Part shown: in pieces, positions 16,965-25,224 of the stretch
Layout of the letters: every line of letters starts with the position of its first letter
Numbering within the stretch: position 1 is the first letter of the stretch
DNA from: an uncultured Gammaproteobacteria bacterium
GTDB taxonomy: Bacteria > Patescibacteriota > Patescibacteriia > UBA2591 > UBA6264
Length of the DNA stretch: 39,459 bases
Assembly: GCA_964642485.1 (NCBI GenBank)
Contig: CAZXPA010000001.1
Location: 1-39,459, forward strand
Reading direction: 5' to 3'
Notes under the pieces: model-generated
The model's input: only the letters and a program-made list of their open reading frames with translations
Told to the model about the DNA's origin: nothing
Database searches by the model: none
Made by a program: the position numbers and the translations under genes

Positions 16965-18588
16965 AGTTAGAATCTACTTCATAGATTATTACTTGTTCAT
17001 CTTGATAGACCTCTTTTAAGGATTTTGATTTTTTAAGTAGTTTTCCAAATTTTTCACTGCCCTTATCAACTAAAACATAAGAAGCCTGAAATTTTTCTTT
17101 AAGAATCTGAGCAGTCTGGTCGGGACTAACTTTATGGGAAACTAAATCAAGCCAGGTCTGATAAAGATTCTTATTTTTTTCATACATAAAAGTCTGGTCA
17201 AGGCCGTTAATATAGTAATTTTGAGTATTAAAATAAAATAGTTCAGGGAAAATACTCCATTTGCTTTGAAAAACAATTTCTCCTTTTTGAGTGTTATTTT
17301 TAAGCCAATAACTGGCCTTTTGGAGATAATCCAGTGGCCGGCTTTGAACGTAGGAGTTATGGAGTTTTTTAATGCTAGAATTAAGATAAAATCCTAAGAA
17401 AAAGCAGATTAAAATTATTAAAAAAATTGTGGTGATAAAATAAAAAATATTTTCTGGACCTTGAAAATATCGCTTGAATCGATTTTTAATATTAAGCCAA
17501 TTTATTTTTTCTGCTATTTGGCTAAAGATGATTCCACTAAAAAAAATGGCTGAAGGGACAAAGTATTCAATATTTCGTCTGGCTTTAAGGGTGTAAAGAA
17601 GGAAAAAGCTTGAAAGAAAAGCAAAGAACCAGGATGATGTTTTTTGCTGCTTTCTTGAGAAAATAAACCAGGCGAAGGAAATAATCCAGGGGAGTAAAAT
17701 CGGCAAGGTACTAAGGAAGAATGTTTCTGGGCCAAACGGATACCATTCAGCTCCAACCCCAACTTTATTTTGATAATTTAGGAAAGCAATTTTTACTGTT
17801 TGAAACCAATAAAAAGGAATGGTTTTAGGGAAATAAGGATTGATGATAAGGCCGGCGCCTAACCCGAGGATACAAATGGAGAGTAGTTTCAGATTGTTTT
17901 TCGAAAAAAAGTAATAGATTAAATTTTTAATAGAAAATAAAAACTTGCTGATAGAAGTCGGAAATTGATTTAAATTTTTAACCGCATTGGCCAAACAATA
18001 TATAAATACAGTGATTAACATTAATGGCCAGGTGCCATAGATCCAGACATAAAAGAAAGAAAGAATAAAAAGTCCTAAATATTTTTTTCTTAAAATAAAA
18101 TAAAAACCCAAAATTAGAATAAGAAGAGAGATGGCTGGAGCACGAATTAAAGAAAGGCGGAGGAGAAAAGGGGAAACAAGGAAACCTGTTAGGGTCCAGG
18201 GTATGGGTTTTTTTATTCTCAAATAACGGCAAAACCAATAAATAATCAGAAAAACTAAAGCAGCAAAAAAAGCTGTTGCCAGTTTAGCTTTAATTAAAGG
18301 ATCAATCTCTGCTGAAAAAGTATCAAGATTTTTAGGAGTTGGTAATTTAAGGAAAGGAATTAATAGAAAGTGATAGCCAAAATGATGGTCAACAAACAGG
18401 TCGTTATAGGTGGTAAATTGGGTCCAGGGAAAATCATGGATTAATCCTTGATCTTTTATCATCAGAGCCATTTTAGTGTGATAAAAGCTATCTGGGCCAA
18501 GGATTCCGGGCGGATGGAGAACATAAAGGAAGACAATGAAACCGAGGCCGAAAATTAAAAAATAGCCTAACCACGGCCGATTTTTCAT
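16954..18588 (-). CDS. Large polytopic membrane protein, GT-C-like putative glycosyltransferase
   Basis: About 544 aa from the ATG at 18588 (MKNRPWLGYF), with many TM helices. The track N-terminal extension (MTYFVKLLKCYNVI) is simply the translated 8-bp repeat array. It overlaps the downstream GT2 gene by 11 nt. Confidence 0.45.
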   Translation of the reverse strand: MKNRPWLGYFLIFGLGFIVFLYVLHPPGILGPDSFYHTKMALMIKDQGLIHDFPWTQFTTYNDLFVDHHFGYHFLLIPFLKLPTPKNLDTFSAEIDPLIKAKLATAFFAALVFLIIYWFCRYLRIKKPIPWTLTGFLVSPFLLRLSLIRAPAISLLILILGFYFILRKKYLGLFILSFFYVWIYGTWPLMLITVFIYCLANAVKNLNQFPTSISKFLFSIKNLIYYFFSKNNLKLLSICILGLGAGLIINPYFPKTIPFYWFQTVKIAFLNYQNKVGVGAEWYPFGPETFFLSTLPILLPWIISFAWFIFSRKQQKTSSWFFAFLSSFFLLYTLKARRNIEYFVPSAIFFSGIIFSQIAEKINWLNIKNRFKRYFQGPENIFYFITTIFLIILICFFLGFYLNSSIKKLHNSYVQSRPLDYLQKASYWLKNNTQKGEIVFQSKWSIFPELFYFNTQNYYINGLDQTFMYEKNKNLYQTWLDLVSHKVSPDQTAQILKEKFQASYVLVDKGSEKFGKLLKKSKSLKEVYQDEQVIIYEVDSNYVY

Positions 18589-18625
18589 TATAACATTATA
18601 ACATTTTAACAGTTTAACAAAATAA
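18586..18625 (-). repeat. 8-bp-period array (5 units), in phase with the start codon
   Basis: The minus strand reads TTATTTTG TTAAACTG TTAAAATG TTATAATG TTATAATG, and the final ATG is the start codon at 18588. It contains a perfect TGTTATAAT. Confidence 0.85.
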
Positions 18626-18638
18626 GTCATTTAATTGT

Positions 18639-19694
18639 TTATTTGTTAAGTTGACTCTTAATTTTTTGGATTTGTCTAACTGGCGTAGGGTCAACTTTGT
18701 TGAGTATGGCTAAATAAAAACTTATCCAGTCTCCAAGCAGGACCAATGAAATAGTTTGAACAAATTTATGATCACCAAAAATTGGAATTTCTTCCCAGCG
18801 AATATTTTCTTGATCTAACAACTTTTCAAAAGTACTTATAGCTTTTTTGATTTTAGGTTTTTTTTCTAAATCTTCAAAAATTAGAAAAACAATTTCATCT
18901 TTTAAACGCCAGGGCAGACGGCTTTCAATAGAATTGTGGAAAATTTCCGGGAATGTTTCAAAAAAGCAAAAAGTTTTACTATTTTCCGCCATTTGTGTTT
19001 TAAAACGCCGACCAATGCCTGATAAATTTTCAGGGGCAATAATAATTGGCAAGTGATCAAAGATAAAATAAGCCAGATATTTAGCAATGTTCTTTTCTAT
19101 TGGGGTTTCAGGGTAAAAAATTTGATTAAAATTTTTAAGCTGGTCTAGTGAAGGAACGATTTGAAAGTTTTTCAAATTAATCAGGTCAAGTTTTTCTAAG
19201 ATAACTAGAATTGGTATAAAAACATAACCTAGGCTTGCTCGGGCTGGGCCTTGATATTGAAATTTAAAAACAGGTAATTTTTTTTCTTGAGCCAATTTTT
19301 TTAATTTTCCACCCTGAGTAATAATTACAATTTTTGTTTTTTTCTTTATTGCCCCTTGAACACAAGACAGAGTCTCTTGAGTCTCACCTGAATAGCTAAC
19401 TGAAATAACCAGAGTATCTTTATCAACTAAGGACGGCAAGTGCCAGTCGCGAATAATAATAATTGGTTTTTTAAGTTGATCAGTAATTAGGTTCTTAATC
19501 AGTTCGCCGCCGATAGCTGAACCACCCATTCCACTAATAACAATGTTTTTAATATTTTTATAGGCTTGAGGCAGCTTTATTTTCTGGCTTAGATTATAGG
19601 CTTTTAGGCATTGATCAGGTAAATCAGCAATAAAATCAGCCATACCTGATTTATCCAGGTCTTTAATTTTTTTAAGGTCATCAAGAATAGTCAT
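18639..19694 (-). CDS. Bifunctional phosphoglucose/phosphomannose isomerase (SIS-domain)
   Basis: ISGMGGSAIGGE and SYSGETQET motifs. 351 aa, typical of the PGI/PMI family. Confidence 0.75.
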   Translation of the reverse strand: MTILDDLKKIKDLDKSGMADFIADLPDQCLKAYNLSQKIKLPQAYKNIKNIVISGMGGSAIGGELIKNLITDQLKKPIIIIRDWHLPSLVDKDTLVISVSYSGETQETLSCVQGAIKKKTKIVIITQGGKLKKLAQEKKLPVFKFQYQGPARASLGYVFIPILVILEKLDLINLKNFQIVPSLDQLKNFNQIFYPETPIEKNIAKYLAYFIFDHLPIIIAPENLSGIGRRFKTQMAENSKTFCFFETFPEIFHNSIESRLPWRLKDEIVFLIFEDLEKKPKIKKAISTFEKLLDQENIRWEEIPIFGDHKFVQTISLVLLGDWISFYLAILNKVDPTPVRQIQKIKSQLNK

Positions 19695-19774
19695 ATTAAA
19701 TCATTAGAACATTAGAATATTGACGTATGGTAACATTGTAACAGAAATAATGCCTATTGTCTATAATCTAAATT

Positions 19775-19814
19775 ATGTTAGAATGTTAAAATGTTAAGAT
19801 GTTAAAATGATTTT
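19775..19814 (+). repeat. 8-bp-period array (5 units), in phase with the start codon
   Basis: ATGTTAGA ATGTTAAA ATGTTAAG ATGTTAAA ATGATTTT, then the ATG at 19815. ATGs fall at 19775, 19783, 19791, 19799, 19807 and 19815. Confidence 0.9.
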
Positions 19815-20540
19815 ATGAGCGGGCATAGTAAATGGGCCAAGCTAAAACATTTCAAAGGGGCGCTTGACGCTAAAAAAGGCGCTATGTTTACTAAGCTTGG
19901 GCATGCTATTACTATAGCTGCCCGGCAAGGTGGCGGTGACCCAGAATCTAATTTTAAACTGCGCTTAGCTATTGAAAGTGCTAAAAAAGCGAATTTACCC
20001 AAGAATAATATTGAGCGGGCCATTAAAAGGGGGACCGGTGAGTTGGCCGGGGAACAAATTGAAGAGGTTGTTTATGAAGCTTTTGGCCCGGGTAAAACTG
20101 CTTTAGTAATCGAAGCCTTAACTGATAACAAGAATCGAACCGTGGCCAGTTTACGACGGGTTTTTAATAAATATGGAGGGAATTTAGGCGGTCAGAATTC
20201 TGTTTGTTGGATGTTTGAAAAAAAAGGAATTATTAGAATTGCCGATTGTAAATCAAAAGTCCCTAATTTGGAAGAAGTTGAATTAAAGGCAATTGATTTT
20301 GGAGCCGAAGACATTAAAATAGAGGGTGATGAATTAGCTATTTATACTAAGCTTGAAGATTTAGAAAAGGTTAAACAAAAATTAGAAGATGAGGGAGTAA
20401 AGATAGATTATGCTGAAATAGAATGGTTTGCTAAAGATCCAATTGAAGTTGATGAGTCAGTTCAGAAAAAGGTTGATAGTATTTTTGCTGAGCTTGAGGA
20501 AATTTCAGACATAAACGACTACTATTCTAATATTAAATAA
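19815..20540 (+). CDS. YebC/PmpR-family transcriptional regulator
   Basis: MSGHSKWAKLKHFKGALDAKKG is the family-defining N-terminus. 241 aa. Confidence 0.9.
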   Translation: MSGHSKWAKLKHFKGALDAKKGAMFTKLGHAITIAARQGGGDPESNFKLRLAIESAKKANLPKNNIERAIKRGTGELAGEQIEEVVYEAFGPGKTALVIEALTDNKNRTVASLRRVFNKYGGNLGGQNSVCWMFEKKGIIRIADCKSKVPNLEEVELKAIDFGAEDIKIEGDELAIYTKLEDLEKVKQKLEDEGVKIDYAEIEWFAKDPIEVDESVQKKVDSIFAELEEISDINDYYSNIK

Positions 20541-20572
20541 TTGTTAAATTGTTTAATTGTTAAGTTGTTATG
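20541..20572 (+). repeat. 8-bp-period array (4 units)
   Basis: TTGTTAAA TTGTTTAA TTGTTAAG TTGTTATG. The last three nt are the ruvC ATG. TGTTAAATTGTTTAAT is shared exactly with 31835-31866. Confidence 0.85.
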
Positions 20573-21043
20573 ATAATAATGGGTATTGATCCAGGAATAG
20601 CTACAGTTGGTTATGCATTTATTTCCTTAAAGGGTAATAAATTATCAGCGGTTGATTATGGCTGTATTAGAACTTCAAAAAAACAAATTTTTTCTCAAAG
20701 ATTGGTTGAAATTTATAAAGAGTTGAAAAAAATAATTAAAAAATATCAACCAGATAAAATAGCGATTGAAAATCTTTATTTTGCTAAAAATGTTAAAACA
20801 GCAATAAATGTTGGTCAGGCCCAGGGTGTGGCTGTTCTGGCTGCTGCTGAGAACAAAATTCAGATTTTTGAATTTACCCCCCTTCAGGTTAAGCAAGCTC
20901 TAACAGGTTATGGTCGAGCTTCTAAAAAGCAGGTTCAAGAGATGGTTAAAGCAGTTTGTAATCTTAAAACCACGCCAAGGCCTGATGATGCTGCTGACGC
21001 TTTGGCCATTGCCATAACTTGTATTCAAACCAAATCATTTTGA
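20570..21043 (+). CDS. ruvC: Crossover junction endodeoxyribonuclease RuvC
   Basis: MGIDPGIATVGYAF, IAIENLYF and DDAADALAIAI catalytic-acid motifs. 157 aa. Confidence 0.9.
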   Translation: MIIMGIDPGIATVGYAFISLKGNKLSAVDYGCIRTSKKQIFSQRLVEIYKELKKIIKKYQPDKIAIENLYFAKNVKTAINVGQAQGVAVLAAAENKIQIFEFTPLQVKQALTGYGRASKKQVQEMVKAVCNLKTTPRPDDAADALAIAITCIQTKSF

Positions 21044-21066
21044 ATCACTACTGAATACTAAGTAGT

Positions 21067-22149
21067 ATGAATACAAAAATCAAACAACTTATTAAAACTT
21101 CCAGGGAGGTTATTAAGGATTGCGCCCTTGAGAACGGGGCCATTGTTGCAGCTAACATTGACAAGCCTTATGTTCACCGGGAGGCAGCTAATTATCGCTG
21201 GGTTTGGCCCAGGGATGCAGCTTTTGTTTGTGTTGCCGCTGACATTTTAGGAATTCCAATTCAAGAATCATTTTTTTCCTGGCTCAACCAGGCCCCCCAA
21301 GACTTTCAGCGGAGTAAAGTGCTTTATGCTAATTATGCTACTAATGGTCGTTTAGGGAGCATGGGAAGATCTTTCCAGCCGGATCAAGCAGGTGAAGTAC
21401 TTTGGGCTATTCATCACCATTTTAAAGAAGATTTAAAAAAGGTCTTAAAATTTAAAGACCTGATTGAACAATTGGCTGACGGAGTTAGTCATCACTGGGA
21501 CAAGACTCATTTTGATTTACATACAATAGATATTTGGGAAGAAACTCATCGCCACACTTCTGTAACCATGGAAAATAATTTTACCTATTCCTTAGCTGCC
21601 TGTGCCAAGGGGTTGTTATTAGCAGCAGAAATTCAATCAGTTTCTCTTTGGAAAGAAACAGCTTCCCAGATGATTGAACAGATAAGAAAAGCCTATAATC
21701 ATCAAGATGAATATTTTTACCGAACAGCAGGCAAGATTAATGATCCGAATATTGATGCTTCTTTACTGGGCCTGGTCTGGCCCTTTGAGACTTACAAGCC
21801 TCAGAGCGATGAAATGATTAAGATGGTTAAAAAGATTGAAGAGAAGATAGTGATTGATGGAGGAGTTCATCGTTATCAGTTTGATTATTATGATGGAGAA
21901 GGGTCGTCCCAGGAAGGGGGTGGAGCTTGGCCAGTTCTTAATTTTTGGCTGGCAATTTATTGGGTTTTGGCTGGTGATAAAAAGAAGGCTCTTAATTATT
22001 ACACCTGGGTTTTGAAAAGATTAGATCAAGATGGTTATCAGAATTATATCCCCGAACAGATTTTTAATGATTTTCGTCAAGGGATTTATCCTTTAGCTTG
22101 GTCGCACGCAATGTTTATTATTGCCAGTCATTATTTAGGATTTGTCTAA
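21067..22149 (+). CDS. GH15-family glycoside hydrolase (glucoamylase/glucodextranase-like catalytic domain)
   Basis: YRWVWPRDAAFV and IDIWEE motifs. The WSHAMFI ending is typical of the (alpha/alpha)6 barrel. Confidence 0.75.
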   Translation: MNTKIKQLIKTSREVIKDCALENGAIVAANIDKPYVHREAANYRWVWPRDAAFVCVAADILGIPIQESFFSWLNQAPQDFQRSKVLYANYATNGRLGSMGRSFQPDQAGEVLWAIHHHFKEDLKKVLKFKDLIEQLADGVSHHWDKTHFDLHTIDIWEETHRHTSVTMENNFTYSLAACAKGLLLAAEIQSVSLWKETASQMIEQIRKAYNHQDEYFYRTAGKINDPNIDASLLGLVWPFETYKPQSDEMIKMVKKIEEKIVIDGGVHRYQFDYYDGEGSSQEGGGAWPVLNFWLAIYWVLAGDKKKALNYYTWVLKRLDQDGYQNYIPEQIFNDFRQGIYPLAWSHAMFIIASHYLGFV

Positions 22150-22204
22150 ACTTTTCGAGTTTCGACTTGTCGAGACGAAGAAAATTTAGGAACAAATCCT
22201 AGAC

Positions 22205-22241
22205 CTCCCTCCTTTTGCGCGCTTGCGCGAAAAGAAGGGGG
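22205..22241. repeat. Dispersed long imperfect hairpin, copy 2
   Basis: CTCCCTCCTTTTGCGCGCTTGCGCGAAAAGAAGGGGG. It matches 10963-10997 outside the loop. Confidence 0.75.
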
Positions 22242-22304
22242 TGCTCAAATTTATGGTAAAAATTTTTGCATTATGAATAACTTAAAATTTTTAATAAATT
22301 TGGC

Positions 22305-23816
22305 ATGAAAAGGCCTTTAAGAGTTGTTCATATTAGCTCTGAAATTTCGCCTTATTCTAAGAGTGGAGGCTTGGCTGATGTGGCTCGATCTCTGCCTCGG
22401 GCCTTACGCCGGTTGGGCCATCAGGTGATAGTTGTCACCCCTTATTATGGTTTTATAAAAAAGAGAGACTGGCCCTTAGAAAATTTGAGCGCTCGATTAA
22501 CCCTGGAATTTGCCGGCCATCAATATAAGTTTGGTTTTAAAAAAGTTATTTGCCCGGATAATTATCCGGTCTTTTTTGTCTGTCAACGAGAATTATTTGG
22601 TTCGCGCCAGAGAGGGGGTTCAGGGATGTATGCTTATCCGGATAATGGTTTAAGGTTTTTATTATTTGATTTAGCCGCTATTGAGCTGATAAAGATTTTA
22701 AAATTTGAGCCTCATGTTATTCATTGTCATGATTGGCATGCTGGCCTGGTTCCTAATTATTTAAAAATAAGGTATAAGAATGATGAGAAATTGAAAAATA
22801 TCGCTACTCTTTTTACAATTCATAATTTACTTTTTCAAGGCCCGGAAGATTGGTGGAGGATTTCACCAGAAAAAACAGATAATGGCAGGGGCTTGCCGAA
22901 AGAAGACTTGGAGAAACTAAAATGGCTTAACTTTACTAAAAGAGCAATTTTCCATGCTGACCTGATTAATACTGTAAGTATGTGTCATGCTCGAGAGATA
23001 ATGACGCCAGAATTTGGTTGTCATTTAGACGATTGTCTCCGGAAACGCAAAAAAGATGTTTACGGAATTGTTAATGGTGTTGATTATGCAATTTTTAACC
23101 CCCAATTTGATTCAGATGTTTATATTAACTATGATGCTGATTCTTTAGAAAAAAAGGTTGAAAATAAATTGATTCTTCAAAAGAAGTTTGGATTAAAAAT
23201 TGATCCAGAGCTTCCTTTAATTGGCTTAGCCAATCGTTTAACCGAGCAAAAGGGATTCAAGTTAATTATCGATCTTTTAGATTATCTTTTGAAATTGGAT
23301 TTACAAATTGCTATTATTGGTAGTGGCGGGGGGATTTATGCTGATGCTCTCCGGGTTACCAGACGAAAACATCCTAAAAAGATATTATTTGTTTCTCCTT
23401 TTAGAGAAGATATTGCCAGGAAAATTTATGCCGCTTCAGATATTTATTTAATGCCTTCCCGTTTTGAGCCTTGCGGGATTTCTCAGTTAATCAGTCTGCG
23501 TTATGGGTCGATTCCAATTGTTCATGCAGTTGGCGGACTCGCGGATACAGTCAGTGATTACAACCCAAAAACTGGAAGAGGAAATGGTTTTGTTTTTACT
23601 TCTTATAATTCAAGAGACCTTTTATTTGCCTTAGCCCGAGCTTTGGAGAATCATCGCCGGCGAGGGGCCTGGCAAACATTGGTTCGTCGAGCTATGAAAG
23701 AGTCTTATTCTTGGACTTTGCCAGCTAAAAAATATGCTGTCCTTTATCGCAAGGCAATAAAGAAACATAGAGACCAATTAAACAATTTAACAATTAAACA
23801 AGCAGATAGAAAATAG
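22305..23816 (+). CDS. glgA: Glycogen/starch synthase (GT5)
   Basis: VVHISSEISPYSKSGGLADV (K-x-GGL motif), HCHDWHAG and PSRFEPCGISQL motifs. Confidence 0.9.
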   Translation: MKRPLRVVHISSEISPYSKSGGLADVARSLPRALRRLGHQVIVVTPYYGFIKKRDWPLENLSARLTLEFAGHQYKFGFKKVICPDNYPVFFVCQRELFGSRQRGGSGMYAYPDNGLRFLLFDLAAIELIKILKFEPHVIHCHDWHAGLVPNYLKIRYKNDEKLKNIATLFTIHNLLFQGPEDWWRISPEKTDNGRGLPKEDLEKLKWLNFTKRAIFHADLINTVSMCHAREIMTPEFGCHLDDCLRKRKKDVYGIVNGVDYAIFNPQFDSDVYINYDADSLEKKVENKLILQKKFGLKIDPELPLIGLANRLTEQKGFKLIIDLLDYLLKLDLQIAIIGSGGGIYADALRVTRRKHPKKILFVSPFREDIARKIYAASDIYLMPSRFEPCGISQLISLRYGSIPIVHAVGGLADTVSDYNPKTGRGNGFVFTSYNSRDLLFALARALENHRRRGAWQTLVRRAMKESYSWTLPAKKYAVLYRKAIKKHRDQLNNLTIKQADRK

Positions 23817-23821
23817 AAAAA

Positions 23822-23885
23822 TTAACTAATTTCCAATTTCCATTTTCTATACCAATTTCTAATTTCTAATAACCAATTTCTAATT
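23822..23885 (+). repeat. Dispersed 64-nt AT-rich intergenic element, copy 1
   Basis: TTAACTAATTTCCAATTTCCATTTTCTATACCAATTTCTAATTTCTAATAACCAATTTCTAATT. It is identical to 35741-35804 except at 2 positions and abuts the ATG at 23886. Confidence 0.9.
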
Positions 23886-25115
23886 ATGTATTGGGCCAGC
23901 CTTTTACACATTTATCAGCCTCCAGGTCAAAAAAAACAAATTATTAATCAGGTGGTTAAAGAATCCTATGAGCAGATTTTATCCATTTTAGAAGCCCGAC
24001 CTAAGGTGAGGATTAGTTTAAATATTTGTGCTTGTTTAACTGAGCAATTAATTGAATATGGTCATCAAGGAGTTGTTGAGCGAATTAAAAAATTGGCCGA
24101 GAAAGGTCAGATTGAATTAACTGGTTCAGCTAAGTATCATCCTATTTTACCTCTTTTGCCAGAAACAGAGGTTATTCGCCAAATAAAGCTTAATGAAGAT
24201 TTAAATCAAAAATATTTTGGCAAAATTTGGCGGTCAAAACCAAAGGGATTTTTTCTTCCTGAACTGGCTTATAATAAAAAAACAGGGCGAATTATTCAAA
24301 GCTTGGGTTATCAGTGGATTGTTTTAGATGAAATTGCCCGTAATGGAAAATTTGGCCAGGTTTTGTTTAACCAGGTTTATGAAACAAAAGATTTATTTCA
24401 TGGACAAAAAAAACCAGAACTTAAAATAATTTTTCGTAATCGAGGTTTAAGTTTATTATTTTTTGGTAAATGGCTGGACTCTTTAGATAAATTTTTTTCA
24501 GCGGTTAAAAATGATAAACGTTCAAGCAAATTTTTAATTACAGCTTTTGATGGAGAAAATTTAGGTCATCACCGAAAGCATTTAGCCGCTTTATGGGCTA
24601 AAATTTTAGATCAGCCAGAAATACAAACTATTACCTATTCTGACTATCTTCAATTCTTACGGGTAAGACCGGCAATAGATGTAATAGGGGTTGAGCCCCT
24701 TCCTTCAAGCTGGTCAACAGAAGTAAAGGATTTAGAAAAAGACATTTTTTATCCTCTTTGGCAGCATCCTAAAAATCAATTACACCGATTACAATGGCAA
24801 ATAACCAATCTTGTTATTAAGATGATGAAAGAGTCTCAGGATAATCCAAACTACAAAAAAGCAAGAGGTTTTTTAGATCAGGCCCTAGCCTCAGATCAAT
24901 ATTGGTGGGCCTCAGCTAAACCTTGGTGGAATCCAGGAATTATTGAAAGGGGAGTGCAAAATTTTGTCCAAATTAGCCGCTTGTTAGAAAAGAACGTCAG
25001 TCCTGAGATTAAAAATAGAATTGTGAAAATAGCTCGAGATATTTTTAATGAATTAGAACGTCGAAAAAAATCCGGGCATTACAAAATTATTGAAAAAATC
25101 GGATCATGGAAATAA
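23886..25115 (+). CDS. GH57-family alpha-glucan-active enzyme, paralog 1
   Basis: LLHIYQPPG (HQP-type region 1), GQIELTGSAKYHPILPLLP, FFLPELAY (candidate nucleophile Glu), AFDGENLGHH and SDQYWWASAKPWW. Confidence 0.75.
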   Translation: MYWASLLHIYQPPGQKKQIINQVVKESYEQILSILEARPKVRISLNICACLTEQLIEYGHQGVVERIKKLAEKGQIELTGSAKYHPILPLLPETEVIRQIKLNEDLNQKYFGKIWRSKPKGFFLPELAYNKKTGRIIQSLGYQWIVLDEIARNGKFGQVLFNQVYETKDLFHGQKKPELKIIFRNRGLSLLFFGKWLDSLDKFFSAVKNDKRSSKFLITAFDGENLGHHRKHLAALWAKILDQPEIQTITYSDYLQFLRVRPAIDVIGVEPLPSSWSTEVKDLEKDIFYPLWQHPKNQLHRLQWQITNLVIKMMKESQDNPNYKKARGFLDQALASDQYWWASAKPWWNPGIIERGVQNFVQISRLLEKNVSPEIKNRIVKIARDIFNELERRKKSGHYKIIEKIGSWK

Positions 25116-25184
25116 CTAAAGACCATAGAAGCTACTGTCTCGAATTTCACGGCCGTGAAAAAGTGAATAGTAATTTTTCCTCTC

Positions 25185-25224
25185 TTGTTAAATTGTTATA
25201 TTGTTATATTGTTAGAATGTTAAA
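25185..25224 (+). repeat. 8-bp-period array (5 units), in phase with the start codon
   Basis: TTGTTAAA TTGTTATA TTGTTATA TTGTTAGA ATGTTAAA, then the ATG at 25225. Confidence 0.9.

Noticed and set aside
25145-25160. The perfect 16-nt palindrome TTTCACGGCCGTGAAA downstream of GH57 paralog 1, considered as an intrinsic terminator.
   Set aside because: On the coding strand it is followed by AAAAAG rather than a U-tract, and the stem is short once a loop is allowed. It may be a protein-binding palindrome, but I cannot support a terminator call.
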